From: Candidatus Poribacteria bacterium
GTDB lineage: Bacteria; Poribacteria; WGA-4E; UBA9662
Reading direction: 5' to 3'
Assembly (NCBI GenBank): GCA_002709695.1
Contig: PAQF01000013.1
Coordinates: forward strand, 10,504-42,503
Length of the DNA stretch: 32,000 nt
The notes below the pieces were generated by a model, which made no database searches, was not told where the DNA came from, and worked only from the letters and a program-made list of their open reading frames with translations. Shown here piece after piece: positions 1 to 7,700 of this stretch. A program made the position numbers and the translations under genes. Positions within the stretch are counted from its first letter, which is position 1, and each line of letters starts with the position of its first letter.

Positions 1-1
1 T

Positions 2-943
2 GTGGTTCAACAGCCCAAACTCGTTCGATTTCATCCAATTGAAATAGATAATGCACAGGTAAATCCTGGTGAGGTTCAAGTAACCTTAGAAACATCTGAA
101 AAATTGCTTGAATCCCCCCAGCTACTCTTTGTCCCAAGAGGGAAACAACCTATTCCCCTCGTGCTAACGGAAAATGGAGATCAGTGGACAAGTAGTTTTA
201 CTGTCACAATTGAAACAGGTGATGGCGTAGGTGAGTTCCGTTTTAAAGGAACCGACCGAGCTGGCAACGTAGGAGACTCAATAATTGGGAAAAAAAAGGT
301 CCTGATTGAAACGTTAATCCGTTCTAATATAAAGATTAATCAAAGCCGTATCCTAGCGCAAGGTGCAATTGTTACAATTCCTCCTAATGCTATAAATGAA
401 GATCTATATCTTAATCTCGAAAAGTTAAACGATCATAATGGGTTTCGGCTGGTTGCACTTAATAAAGATAAGACTCCATTCAAGAAATTCACTTTTTCCA
501 AACTGATCACACTACAATTTCCTAGTAAACGGATCAACGGTGAAAAGCAAGTTGTTTTTTACAATGATAAGGTTATGCGTCATGCTATCGGCACATCAGA
601 CTATGGTGGGCAGGTAAGTTTTAGAGTAAACCGAACTGGTGATTTTTGGATTGGTGTTGAACCGGAACTCAAACGAAAAATTTCAGCTGGATGGGCAACC
701 CCAAACCCTTTCGCTCCCGTAAATAATCCTACCACTTTCCATGTTCAAACACGAGACGTCTACCAAAATTTCACTATCGATATTTTCAACCTAACAGGGC
801 AAAAGATACGAACTCTGAGCAACGGTTGGAATACTTGGAATGGGAAAGACGAAAGTGGTCAGCTAGTAGAAAGTGGTTTGTATATCTATCAAATCAGAGC
901 TGACGATGAATTGATTAGTGGTTCTGTCGTGGTTATTAGATGA
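2..943 (+). CDS. Secreted protein, 5'-truncated at the window edge, with a C-terminal FlgD-Ig-like / Por-secretion-tail-like beta-sandwich
   Basis: The ORF is open to the window start, so the GTG at 2 is not a real start. The last ~80 aa (NPFAP..TFHV...FTIDIFNLTGQKIRTL..WNGKDESGQLVESGLYIYQIRA) follow the NPF..t.i.f...v.l.IyD..G..v..L...WDG.d..G..v.sGvY.y pattern of FlgD-Ig/T9SS-type C-terminal domains. Confidence 0.6.
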   Translation: MVQQPKLVRFHPIEIDNAQVNPGEVQVTLETSEKLLESPQLLFVPRGKQPIPLVLTENGDQWTSSFTVTIETGDGVGEFRFKGTDRAGNVGDSIIGKKKVLIETLIRSNIKINQSRILAQGAIVTIPPNAINEDLYLNLEKLNDHNGFRLVALNKDKTPFKKFTFSKLITLQFPSKRINGEKQVVFYNDKVMRHAIGTSDYGGQVSFRVNRTGDFWIGVEPELKRKISAGWATPNPFAPVNNPTTFHVQTRDVYQNFTIDIFNLTGQKIRTLSNGWNTWNGKDESGQLVESGLYIYQIRADDELISGSVVVIR

Positions 944-2193
944 ACCAAGCCTCTTTTCAACGCCAAACTATCCTTTCCGCATTTGCAATAGCTTTAGCTG
1001 CGTTTTGCCTCCTGTTCGGTTATGAGTGTATCCGGTCTGCCTCAAAATCCATTTTGATTGAGGCTTTTGGTCGTCAAAACACTTTGATGACGATGTCAGT
1101 TGCAATGGCAGGAGTACCATTCACAGTATTGCTACTGATATACATGTACGGGCGACTACTTTCTAAGTTTGGGGCAAATATATCGTTACTAACCTCAACT
1201 GTTTTTTCAGCGATTCTCATTTTACTTTGTTATTTTTTTATATTAGGTGGAAGCAAGACTGCATGCGTAATTTTGTTTCTCTTTAGAAAATCCTACATTG
1301 TCATTTTGATTGAACAGTACTGGTCATTTGTTAATAGTGTATTGAAGCTTGATTTTGCACGCCGATTTAATGGCTTCTTCCTTGGCATTTCAGCTATCGG
1401 TGCAACTGCAGGCACTTGGGCTGGAGAAAAGCTGGTAACTAGATTGGGAACGGAAGGAATGCTCATTTTTACTGTGGTTTCGCTAATCGTCGCCGCAGTT
1501 TTTTCATTAATCGCTTACCGGGTTGGAGGGGAACCTCAACCAAGTGAGAAAGAGATCGGAGGTCAACAGGGACATGCAGGTATTAAGCTCTTTTTAAAAT
1601 CACGTTATCTCCTTTTCCTTGGACTTCTCATCTTTGTTACTCAGATTTTGTCAACAGCACTAGAATTGCGTTTCGACGTTCTTATAGCTGAACAATTTAG
1701 CGACAAAGATCTGCGATCAGAATATCTTTATGGTTTCTGGAAGTATGTAAACATAACCGCCTTCTTGTTGAACTTTGTTATTGCTCCACTGATGTTCCCA
1801 TTACTCCGAATCCGATTAATAAAATTGTTTATTCCAATAATTCATCTTGGTGTGAGTTTAATATCAGTTTTATCTCCTTCATTAAGTACATCCGCTCTCT
1901 CACTCCTACTTTTTAAATCATTTGATTACTCAATCTTCCGAGCGTCAAAAGAGATTCTCTACATGCCTCTGTCGTATGATGCTCGTTATAGAGCAAAACA
2001 ATTTATCGACTCTTTTATCTATCGAAATGGTGAAGGATTAACCGCAGGTATAAATGCATTGATTGGTACGTTTTTTGTAGTACCACTAGTTATGTATCCT
2101 GCAACCGCAATTGTGATGTCCTTTCTGTGGATAGGGATTGTCCTAAGCCTAACAAAACAATATCAGAACTTGGTTTCATCTTCTCCAGAGTAA
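940..2193 (+). CDS. TLC / Npt1-like (ATP:ADP antiporter family) polytopic membrane transporter, substrate unknown
   Basis: ATGA start/stop overlap with the upstream ORF. About 11-12 hydrophobic segments. The blocks IEQYWSFVNSVLKLDFARRFNGFFLG and FKSFDYSIFRASKEILYMPLSYDARYRAKQFID match by eye the FWQFANQI..AKRFY..FG and KYSLFDATKNMAYIPLD..R.KG blocks of Rickettsia/Chlamydia Tlc/Npt carriers. Confidence 0.6.
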   Translation: MNQASFQRQTILSAFAIALAAFCLLFGYECIRSASKSILIEAFGRQNTLMTMSVAMAGVPFTVLLLIYMYGRLLSKFGANISLLTSTVFSAILILLCYFFILGGSKTACVILFLFRKSYIVILIEQYWSFVNSVLKLDFARRFNGFFLGISAIGATAGTWAGEKLVTRLGTEGMLIFTVVSLIVAAVFSLIAYRVGGEPQPSEKEIGGQQGHAGIKLFLKSRYLLFLGLLIFVTQILSTALELRFDVLIAEQFSDKDLRSEYLYGFWKYVNITAFLLNFVIAPLMFPLLRIRLIKLFIPIIHLGVSLISVLSPSLSTSALSLLLFKSFDYSIFRASKEILYMPLSYDARYRAKQFIDSFIYRNGEGLTAGINALIGTFFVVPLVMYPATAIVMSFLWIGIVLSLTKQYQNLVSSSPE

Positions 2194-2352
2194 TATCAGG
2201 TTTAGTCAAATCAAACTTCCAAGAAGGTAAAGAAGAACCTAAAGGGTATAATTCCAACACAGGAAAAAATCAGCAGAGCTTTATGTGGATTTCTAAGAGT
2301 TTTGGTTGAAAGCTTCCTAACTTGTGCTTAAAGAATTAGAAAACCTAGTTGA

Positions 2353-2382
2353 TTGACATAACAAAGCCGATTTTGCTATAAT
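2353..2382 (+). promoter_or_regulatory. Sigma70-type promoter with extended -10
   Basis: TTGACA (2353-2358), 18-nt spacer, then TGcTATAAT (2374-2382). It lies about 100 nt upstream of the DapA-like start. Confidence 0.6.
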
Positions 2383-2485
2383 CGGTAGGCTATAGCAGAA
2401 AAGTAAAGTTACTTAACTCATTTTAGCCTAAAGAAGAAACTGCAAGCCAAATTTATGAGTGTGCAGAATCGGTCAGGAACTAACG

Positions 2486-3376
2486 ATGAAATTTCAAGGT
2501 ATCTTCACACCAACAATAACGCCTCTTGACGAAAATGAGCATGTCGATGAAGCCAGTTTTATCACCCACCTCAATCGCTTAATTGATTTTGGAATTCATG
2601 GTCTGTTTTTGCTAGGCAGTTCAGGAGAATCTGTTGCACTGACAGCAGACCAGCGTCGTAAAGCAATGGAAATCGCAGTTGATGCCGTCGACGGACGGAT
2701 TCCAATTATCTGTGGAGTCATGGGAGCAAGCACAAAGCAGGTTATTGAAAACATATATACTGCACAAAAATTCAATATTTCGGCAGTTGCAGCAACACCT
2801 CCATACTATTACCCATCAACTAGTGCAGATGACATTAAAACCTTCTATGGAACAGTTGCTCAAAATAGCGATTTACCCGTCTGTATTTATAACATTCCTG
2901 TGTTAGTTAAAACCTCAATTCAACCAGAAACAGTCCGAGACCTAGCAGATGAATATGAGAACATTGTTGCCATCAAAGACAGCACTGGAGACTGGACTAC
3001 TTTTATGAAACTCCATGCGTACTTGGGACACCATCAAAATTTCTCGATTCTGCTTGGTTCTTACACAATGGCGGGAGCAGCCATCACATTTGGTGCAGAT
3101 GGGGCGATCATTTCAATATCAAATGTTGATCCAAAACGAGCAGTTGATCTATATCATGCAGCCCAAAATCATCAGATTGCAGAGGTAGACCGTATTAACA
3201 AGGAACTCTTGGATCTAGGGAAACTTTACTCCTATGGAGCGCAAATCAGTTGTCTCAAAGCGTGCATGGAGTTAATTGGCATCTGTAGTGATAAAACTAC
3301 AAGTCCACTTCTACCATTGCAAACAAGTCACAAACTTAAATTAAAGGAGCTCCTATCCAAAAACAAACTCTTGTAG
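2486..3376 (+). CDS. Dihydrodipicolinate synthase / N-acetylneuraminate lyase family class I aldolase (DapA-like, exact reaction unknown)
   Basis: Family motifs GSSGE, TPPYY and the Schiff-base lysine in AIKDSTGD. I prefer ATG 2486 (AGGA at 2475-2478, 7-nt spacing) over the track's GTG at 2459. Confidence 0.8.
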   Translation: MKFQGIFTPTITPLDENEHVDEASFITHLNRLIDFGIHGLFLLGSSGESVALTADQRRKAMEIAVDAVDGRIPIICGVMGASTKQVIENIYTAQKFNISAVAATPPYYYPSTSADDIKTFYGTVAQNSDLPVCIYNIPVLVKTSIQPETVRDLADEYENIVAIKDSTGDWTTFMKLHAYLGHHQNFSILLGSYTMAGAAITFGADGAIISISNVDPKRAVDLYHAAQNHQIAEVDRINKELLDLGKLYSYGAQISCLKACMELIGICSDKTTSPLLPLQTSHKLKLKELLSKNKLL

Positions 3377-3401
3377 AGGGCTACCTTAGGAATCCAAAAA
3401 C

Positions 3402-4340
3402 ATGACAGAAATATCACATAAGAACAGAATCAATGTTCCCAAAAGACTCTCAGAAAATCAAGTTCAGTTTTTTATTGATCACGGATATATTGCGGTACCA
3501 GACTTAATTGAGTCGGACGAAATCGAAGAGTTGCGTGAAGATACTGTCCGTATTGCTCGTGGCGGATATCCGTGTGAAGCAGTTCAACCAACTTCGGAAA
3601 ACCTAAGCGACGATCAAATTTTAGCAAACATCTTATGTATACACCAACCCCATTTTATCAGCCCAATCATGGAAAAATATGTAAAACACCCTGAACTTTG
3701 TGGTGTTTTAAGTCAAATTACGGCTGCGCACATTCCGTTTTGGGATGGTAGCGTTAAATGTATGCAGTCAATGCTGTTTGTAAAACCATCTGGGTTTCAA
3801 GGTCAATCATGGCATCAAGACGAGATATATATCCCAACACGCGATAGATCCTTAATAGGAGGTTGGATTGCCATGGATGACGCTACGGTTGAAAACGGTT
3901 GTCTATGGGTGATTCCTGGATCACACCAAATGGGTTATCTTTACTCGCAAAAACCTCATGGCAATCCAGACGAATTTGATTCGGCAGATTTGGAAAGTTA
4001 TGGTTTTGACGAAACACTTGAGGTGCCAATTGAAGTTAAAACAGGAACTGTTGTCTTTTTCAATGGCTACTTGCTCCATCGATCACGCAAAAATCGGGGG
4101 CAGACGTACCGAAGAGTCTTAGTAAACCACTATTGTAATGCATGGTCACTTTTGCCTTGGAGTATCAAAGACGATGAGAGACCTGCTAATGCTGACCGGC
4201 GCAGTGTTATCCCTGTTTCAGGGATAGATCCTTATGCATGGAAAGGTTACGAAGAAACATCAAGGAATATATATTTTCGACACTGTAAGGCAGTCGATGA
4301 TTTAGAAAAATCAACTATGAATAATAAGGAATTGACTTAA
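3402..4340 (+). CDS. Phytanoyl-CoA dioxygenase (PhyH) family Fe(II)/2-oxoglutarate oxygenase
   Basis: H-x-D in SWHQDEIY, distal His/Arg in GYLLHRSRKN, and the typical VIPGSH block. Confidence 0.8.
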   Translation: MTEISHKNRINVPKRLSENQVQFFIDHGYIAVPDLIESDEIEELREDTVRIARGGYPCEAVQPTSENLSDDQILANILCIHQPHFISPIMEKYVKHPELCGVLSQITAAHIPFWDGSVKCMQSMLFVKPSGFQGQSWHQDEIYIPTRDRSLIGGWIAMDDATVENGCLWVIPGSHQMGYLYSQKPHGNPDEFDSADLESYGFDETLEVPIEVKTGTVVFFNGYLLHRSRKNRGQTYRRVLVNHYCNAWSLLPWSIKDDERPANADRRSVIPVSGIDPYAWKGYEETSRNIYFRHCKAVDDLEKSTMNNKELT

Positions 4341-4350
4341 TTTTTTACGT

Positions 4351-4379
4351 TTGAAAAAGCATAATGCTTGTGCTATACT
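4351..4379 (+). promoter_or_regulatory. Sigma70-type promoter with extended -10
   Basis: TTGAAA (4351-4356), 17-nt spacer, then TGcTATACT (4371-4379). A G-rich SD (4402-4408) precedes ATG 4413. Confidence 0.5.
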
Positions 4380-4412
4380 GGAAAAACCAAATTAAATTAA
4401 TGGGGGGGTAAG

Positions 4413-5450
4413 ATGAGAATACGTTATAGTTGCAATTGCATTCCTACAGTGGTGAGCTTGTTTTTACTAATTCTGCTCGTGGCAGGTTGTGGTGGAGGAA
4501 CCTCCTTGCGACATCTACCACCACTTCAACCCAATGTTCCGGGTAAACTCGATGTTCCGGGGGTTTTGCCAAAAGGCATGGTAGCATTAACACCTCCAAT
4601 AAATGAAGCAGGCGAGATCGATGAAGCCGCATTTATTGAAGCATTAGAGGAATTACAGGTAGACGAGAACAACTGTGTCTTTCTGATGGAGAGGAACGAA
4701 GTCGCGGCCAACGCAACTCCTGAAGAAGCCGCGCTAGCTTTCGAATTTACTCCAGAGCAGCACGATAAAGTCATGGAAATCGCGCTGAAAACGTATGAGA
4801 GTGATACTGCCAGCAGTAAAATGGCGATTCTCACGCTTGACCGGGATGAATTGCAAAAACCTAGATATACAATGATAAAGGATGGGATAACGCTATATGT
4901 CACTTACTGGCGTGATCATGATTTGAACCGAAAGTTTAATCGAGGAAATTCAACTTCAGTCTTTTATCAATCGGAAGCACTACACCAGGGAGACAAAACC
5001 GACGTTTTCTACGTAAAAATCATTAACAATAGGAGTAGCAAACTTCTTTTCGACGTTCGAAAATGGAGTATCGAGGACTCCAACGATAATTTCTATTCTG
5101 GTATGAATTTTGATGACTTACGAGAACGCATGACAATGATGAGCCGAGTTGGAGGCTTATCCATGAAAAATGGGTTAAATAAGGCAAAAGAGATTCTGCT
5201 AGAAAAGCAAATAGCACGTATGGAAGACGGCATTAGTGGAATGACAGATGATGAGCCAGGTACGCTGGAGGGCTTTGTCGCTTTTCGGCAAGTTAAAAAG
5301 AATGGGAAAAGCGTAATCCAAAAAATCAAAATCGAAAAGGCGCCTCCGCCAGATCAACCTGCAGGACGCTTTCAAGTAGCGATGTTTGAATTCCCTTATT
5401 TCCATCATCGTGGTATTCGCGAAATGCAACCACCTGCTATGAAATACTAA
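4413..5450 (+). CDS. Hypothetical lipoprotein
   Basis: Signal peptide ending in the lipobox LLVAG|C. No family recognised. Strong SD. Confidence 0.6.
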   Translation: MRIRYSCNCIPTVVSLFLLILLVAGCGGGTSLRHLPPLQPNVPGKLDVPGVLPKGMVALTPPINEAGEIDEAAFIEALEELQVDENNCVFLMERNEVAANATPEEAALAFEFTPEQHDKVMEIALKTYESDTASSKMAILTLDRDELQKPRYTMIKDGITLYVTYWRDHDLNRKFNRGNSTSVFYQSEALHQGDKTDVFYVKIINNRSSKLLFDVRKWSIEDSNDNFYSGMNFDDLRERMTMMSRVGGLSMKNGLNKAKEILLEKQIARMEDGISGMTDDEPGTLEGFVAFRQVKKNGKSVIQKIKIEKAPPPDQPAGRFQVAMFEFPYFHHRGIREMQPPAMKY

Positions 5451-5488
5451 AAAGTAAAAGCAGATATAGTCTAATTTTCAATATCTAG

Positions 5489-5523
5489 AGCTGGGTGAGG
5501 CAGTATTTCACCCAGCTTTTTTA
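5489..5523 (+). terminator. Rho-independent terminator for the 4413..5450 gene, overlapping the 3' end of the convergent gene
   Basis: Perfect 10-bp stem AGCTGGGTGA (5489-5498) / TCACCCAGCT (5508-5517), 9-nt loop, then a T-run to 5522. There is no U-tract in the minus-strand direction. Confidence 0.75.
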
Positions 5524-5984
5524 TATCTTGCAATGCTACCATCATTATAAACAATAATTAAGTGGTTGCCTTGTACCTGTACAACTGATTCCCCACGAAA
5601 GACCTCTGTACCCATAGTTGGAATTTCCGTTTCGAGCTTGCCTGTACTCACTGAAGCTTCAAGTGTCTCCCCTGTGACTCTATTACCATTAACTTGGTAA
5701 TTTCCTTTTGCACGTACAACTAATTCACCAAAAGCAATGGACTGAATTGTGGTAGTTACTGACCAACTGTAATCTATTTTAGCAACTAAAATCATCTCTG
5801 GTAATTTTTCGAAATCATTGGGTTCGTAATCGACAAGCTTCCAAGTCCCAACTATATCAATATTGGTATCATTCTCACTAACTAAATTCCCCTCGGAGAT
5901 AAAATTCGTTTCAGAGGTGCTACAACCAACACAAATCACCAAAACAGTAAAAATTACAAATAATAGATGGGACTGTATTTTCAT
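5508..5984 (-). CDS. Small hypothetical lipoprotein
   Basis: Signal peptide with lipobox ICVG|C. Its start overlaps the birA stop, suggesting translational coupling. Confidence 0.6.
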   Translation of the reverse strand: MKIQSHLLFVIFTVLVICVGCSTSETNFISEGNLVSENDTNIDIVGTWKLVDYEPNDFEKLPEMILVAKIDYSWSVTTTIQSIAFGELVVRAKGNYQVNGNRVTGETLEASVSTGKLETEIPTMGTEVFRGESVVQVQGNHLIIVYNDGSIARYKKAG

Positions 5985-6772
5985 CAGTTTGTTTTAACCA
6001 CTTCTCCAATCAGAAATTTTCGGTTGACACCTGATTCTTGACTGAGCAACAAACCTCCGTCCACATCGATCCTCTCCGCCAGTCCACCAAAAGTTCTCTC
6101 TGCCGTTCGTATTTTAACTTCTTGACCAAGAATGCTACACAGTTGATTGGCTCTTTTAATAAGAGGCTTTGTATGATTATTTTTCAAATTAATGTAGTCT
6201 CTCTCAATCCTTCGCAGAATCGCTCCTAATAACATAGCCCTACACCATATCTTCCCACTTTCAATCCGTAAAGAGGTCGCTATTTGCCGAAGACCTATTG
6301 GAAAGCTTTCAATACCTACATTAACACCAAAACCAAGGGCCAGAAAAGGCTGTTGGTTCCGATCATATTCCAATTCGGCTAATAAACCTGCAATTTTCTT
6401 TCTGTTCACAATGACATCATTGGGCCATTTAACTGCTGCAGATAGCCCGGTACATTCACGAACTGCATCTGCAATTGCCACAGCGCCAATTAAACAAGGT
6501 AACCCAATTTGACTTTTCAGCAACCGATGCCTCAAAATCACTGTAGCTAAGATGTTTAACCTTGGTGGAGAATACCATGTCCTAGAATGTCTCCCTCGCC
6601 CGCCTGTTTGATCTTCAGCTATAACAAGAGTTCCATCAGGTGTCAATTCTTTTCCTAGATGGATGGCAACGTCATTCGTTGAATTAACCTGATTAAAAAC
6701 CTTAACACGACAGCCAATAATCTGTGTGCCAAAATCTGCGTCCTGAAAACACAAGTTACTTGGACCAAGCAA
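5984..6772 (-). CDS. birA: Biotin--[acetyl-CoA-carboxylase] ligase, class I (no N-terminal HTH)
   Basis: GGRGRHSRTWYSPP (GRGRxGRxWxSP biotin-binding loop) and KWPNDV. At 262 aa there is no room for a repressor domain. Confidence 0.85.
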   Translation of the reverse strand: MLGPSNLCFQDADFGTQIIGCRVKVFNQVNSTNDVAIHLGKELTPDGTLVIAEDQTGGRGRHSRTWYSPPRLNILATVILRHRLLKSQIGLPCLIGAVAIADAVRECTGLSAAVKWPNDVIVNRKKIAGLLAELEYDRNQQPFLALGFGVNVGIESFPIGLRQIATSLRIESGKIWCRAMLLGAILRRIERDYINLKNNHTKPLIKRANQLCSILGQEVKIRTAERTFGGLAERIDVDGGLLLSQESGVNRKFLIGEVVKTN

Positions 6773-7547
6773 GTGGAAAACTTTTACCGGTTAATTTTTC
6801 GTTATGGGCAACATTTTCAACAAATTTCTTCATGACATGATCACGAGTTCCATCATAAAATGTTTCTTCCGTCATATAATGGACAGCTATAGCGCGACGC
6901 TTTTGATTGCTACTGTTAGCATGGGATCCATGCCATGTTAATGCATGATGATAATGTACATGTCCCTTGGGAACAGGACATAATGAAATTTTAACGTCGT
7001 TTCCTTTAAACTTCTCCGGCGTGTTTTCAAAACTGCCAAAAGTATGAATGAAATCAATTTGATTTCCCCAAATGTGCGACCCTTCAACCATACTCATACA
7101 ACCATTCTCTTCGTTGGCATCGTCTAATGCAACCCAAGCCGACATCTGGGTTGTTTTAGGAGATAGAATTGGCCAATATGGTGAGTCTTGATGCCACATG
7201 TTTATCCCACCAACTTCAGAAGGTTTATATTGGATTTGATCATGCCATACCCGTAGTTCCTTTGCATCCATCAATTGGGCAATTTCCTCCACAATCGTTT
7301 CATTCTTGATCAATTGATAGTATGCGTGGCTGGCCTCCCAAATGTTAATTATTTGCCATACTGGTTCCTCTTGTTTTGCTGATAAGTTGGCAATTTGCAC
7401 AGGTTGTTGCTTTGATTCATCGCTTTCGTCAGCTATCACCCGATCAAGTTCTGATCTCAATTCGTCAATTTCTCTATTAGTTAATATCTTTTTACCGAGC
7501 AAGAAGCCTTTTTCTCGAAATTCTTGGATTTGGCTGTTGGTTAACAT
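6756..7547 (-). CDS. Phytanoyl-CoA dioxygenase (PhyH) family Fe(II)/2-oxoglutarate oxygenase
   Basis: MWHQDSPYWP (H-x-D), distal His in LTWHGSHANSS, and the ENGCMSMVEGSH block. It overlaps birA by 17 nt. Confidence 0.8.
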   Translation of the reverse strand: MLTNSQIQEFREKGFLLGKKILTNREIDELRSELDRVIADESDESKQQPVQIANLSAKQEEPVWQIINIWEASHAYYQLIKNETIVEEIAQLMDAKELRVWHDQIQYKPSEVGGINMWHQDSPYWPILSPKTTQMSAWVALDDANEENGCMSMVEGSHIWGNQIDFIHTFGSFENTPEKFKGNDVKISLCPVPKGHVHYHHALTWHGSHANSSNQKRRAIAVHYMTEETFYDGTRDHVMKKFVENVAHNEKLTGKSFPLAWSK

Positions 7548-7627
7548 CTATGCTCCCAGCGAAATATTAGTCTAGGTTTCGGAAAGTATATGAAAAAAAC
7601 CTTATCATTGCAAGCTATTCTGAGTCC

Positions 7628-7656
7628 TTGAATGATTCACGAGAATGTGTCATAAT
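7628..7656 (+). promoter_or_regulatory. Sigma70-type promoter with extended -10
   Basis: TTGAAT (7628-7633), 17-nt spacer, then TGtCATAAT (7648-7656). It lies about 45 nt upstream of ATG 7701. Confidence 0.5.
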
Positions 7657-7700
7657 GAGCTAGATTTGTACTTCTCCGTTACATTCATATAGTAGGATTT

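Noticed and set aside
2383-2485. Riboswitch (for example lysine) in the ~100-nt leader of the DapA-like gene
   Set aside because: Only a 7-bp TAGGCTA/TAGCCTA stem is visible. The leader is too short for a lysine riboswitch and I recognise no conserved core.
4526-4903. 125-aa antisense ORF inside the lipoprotein gene
   Set aside because: It is a low-complexity Ser/Ala-rich translation, fully antisense to a better-supported CDS with signal peptide and SD, and has no start context.
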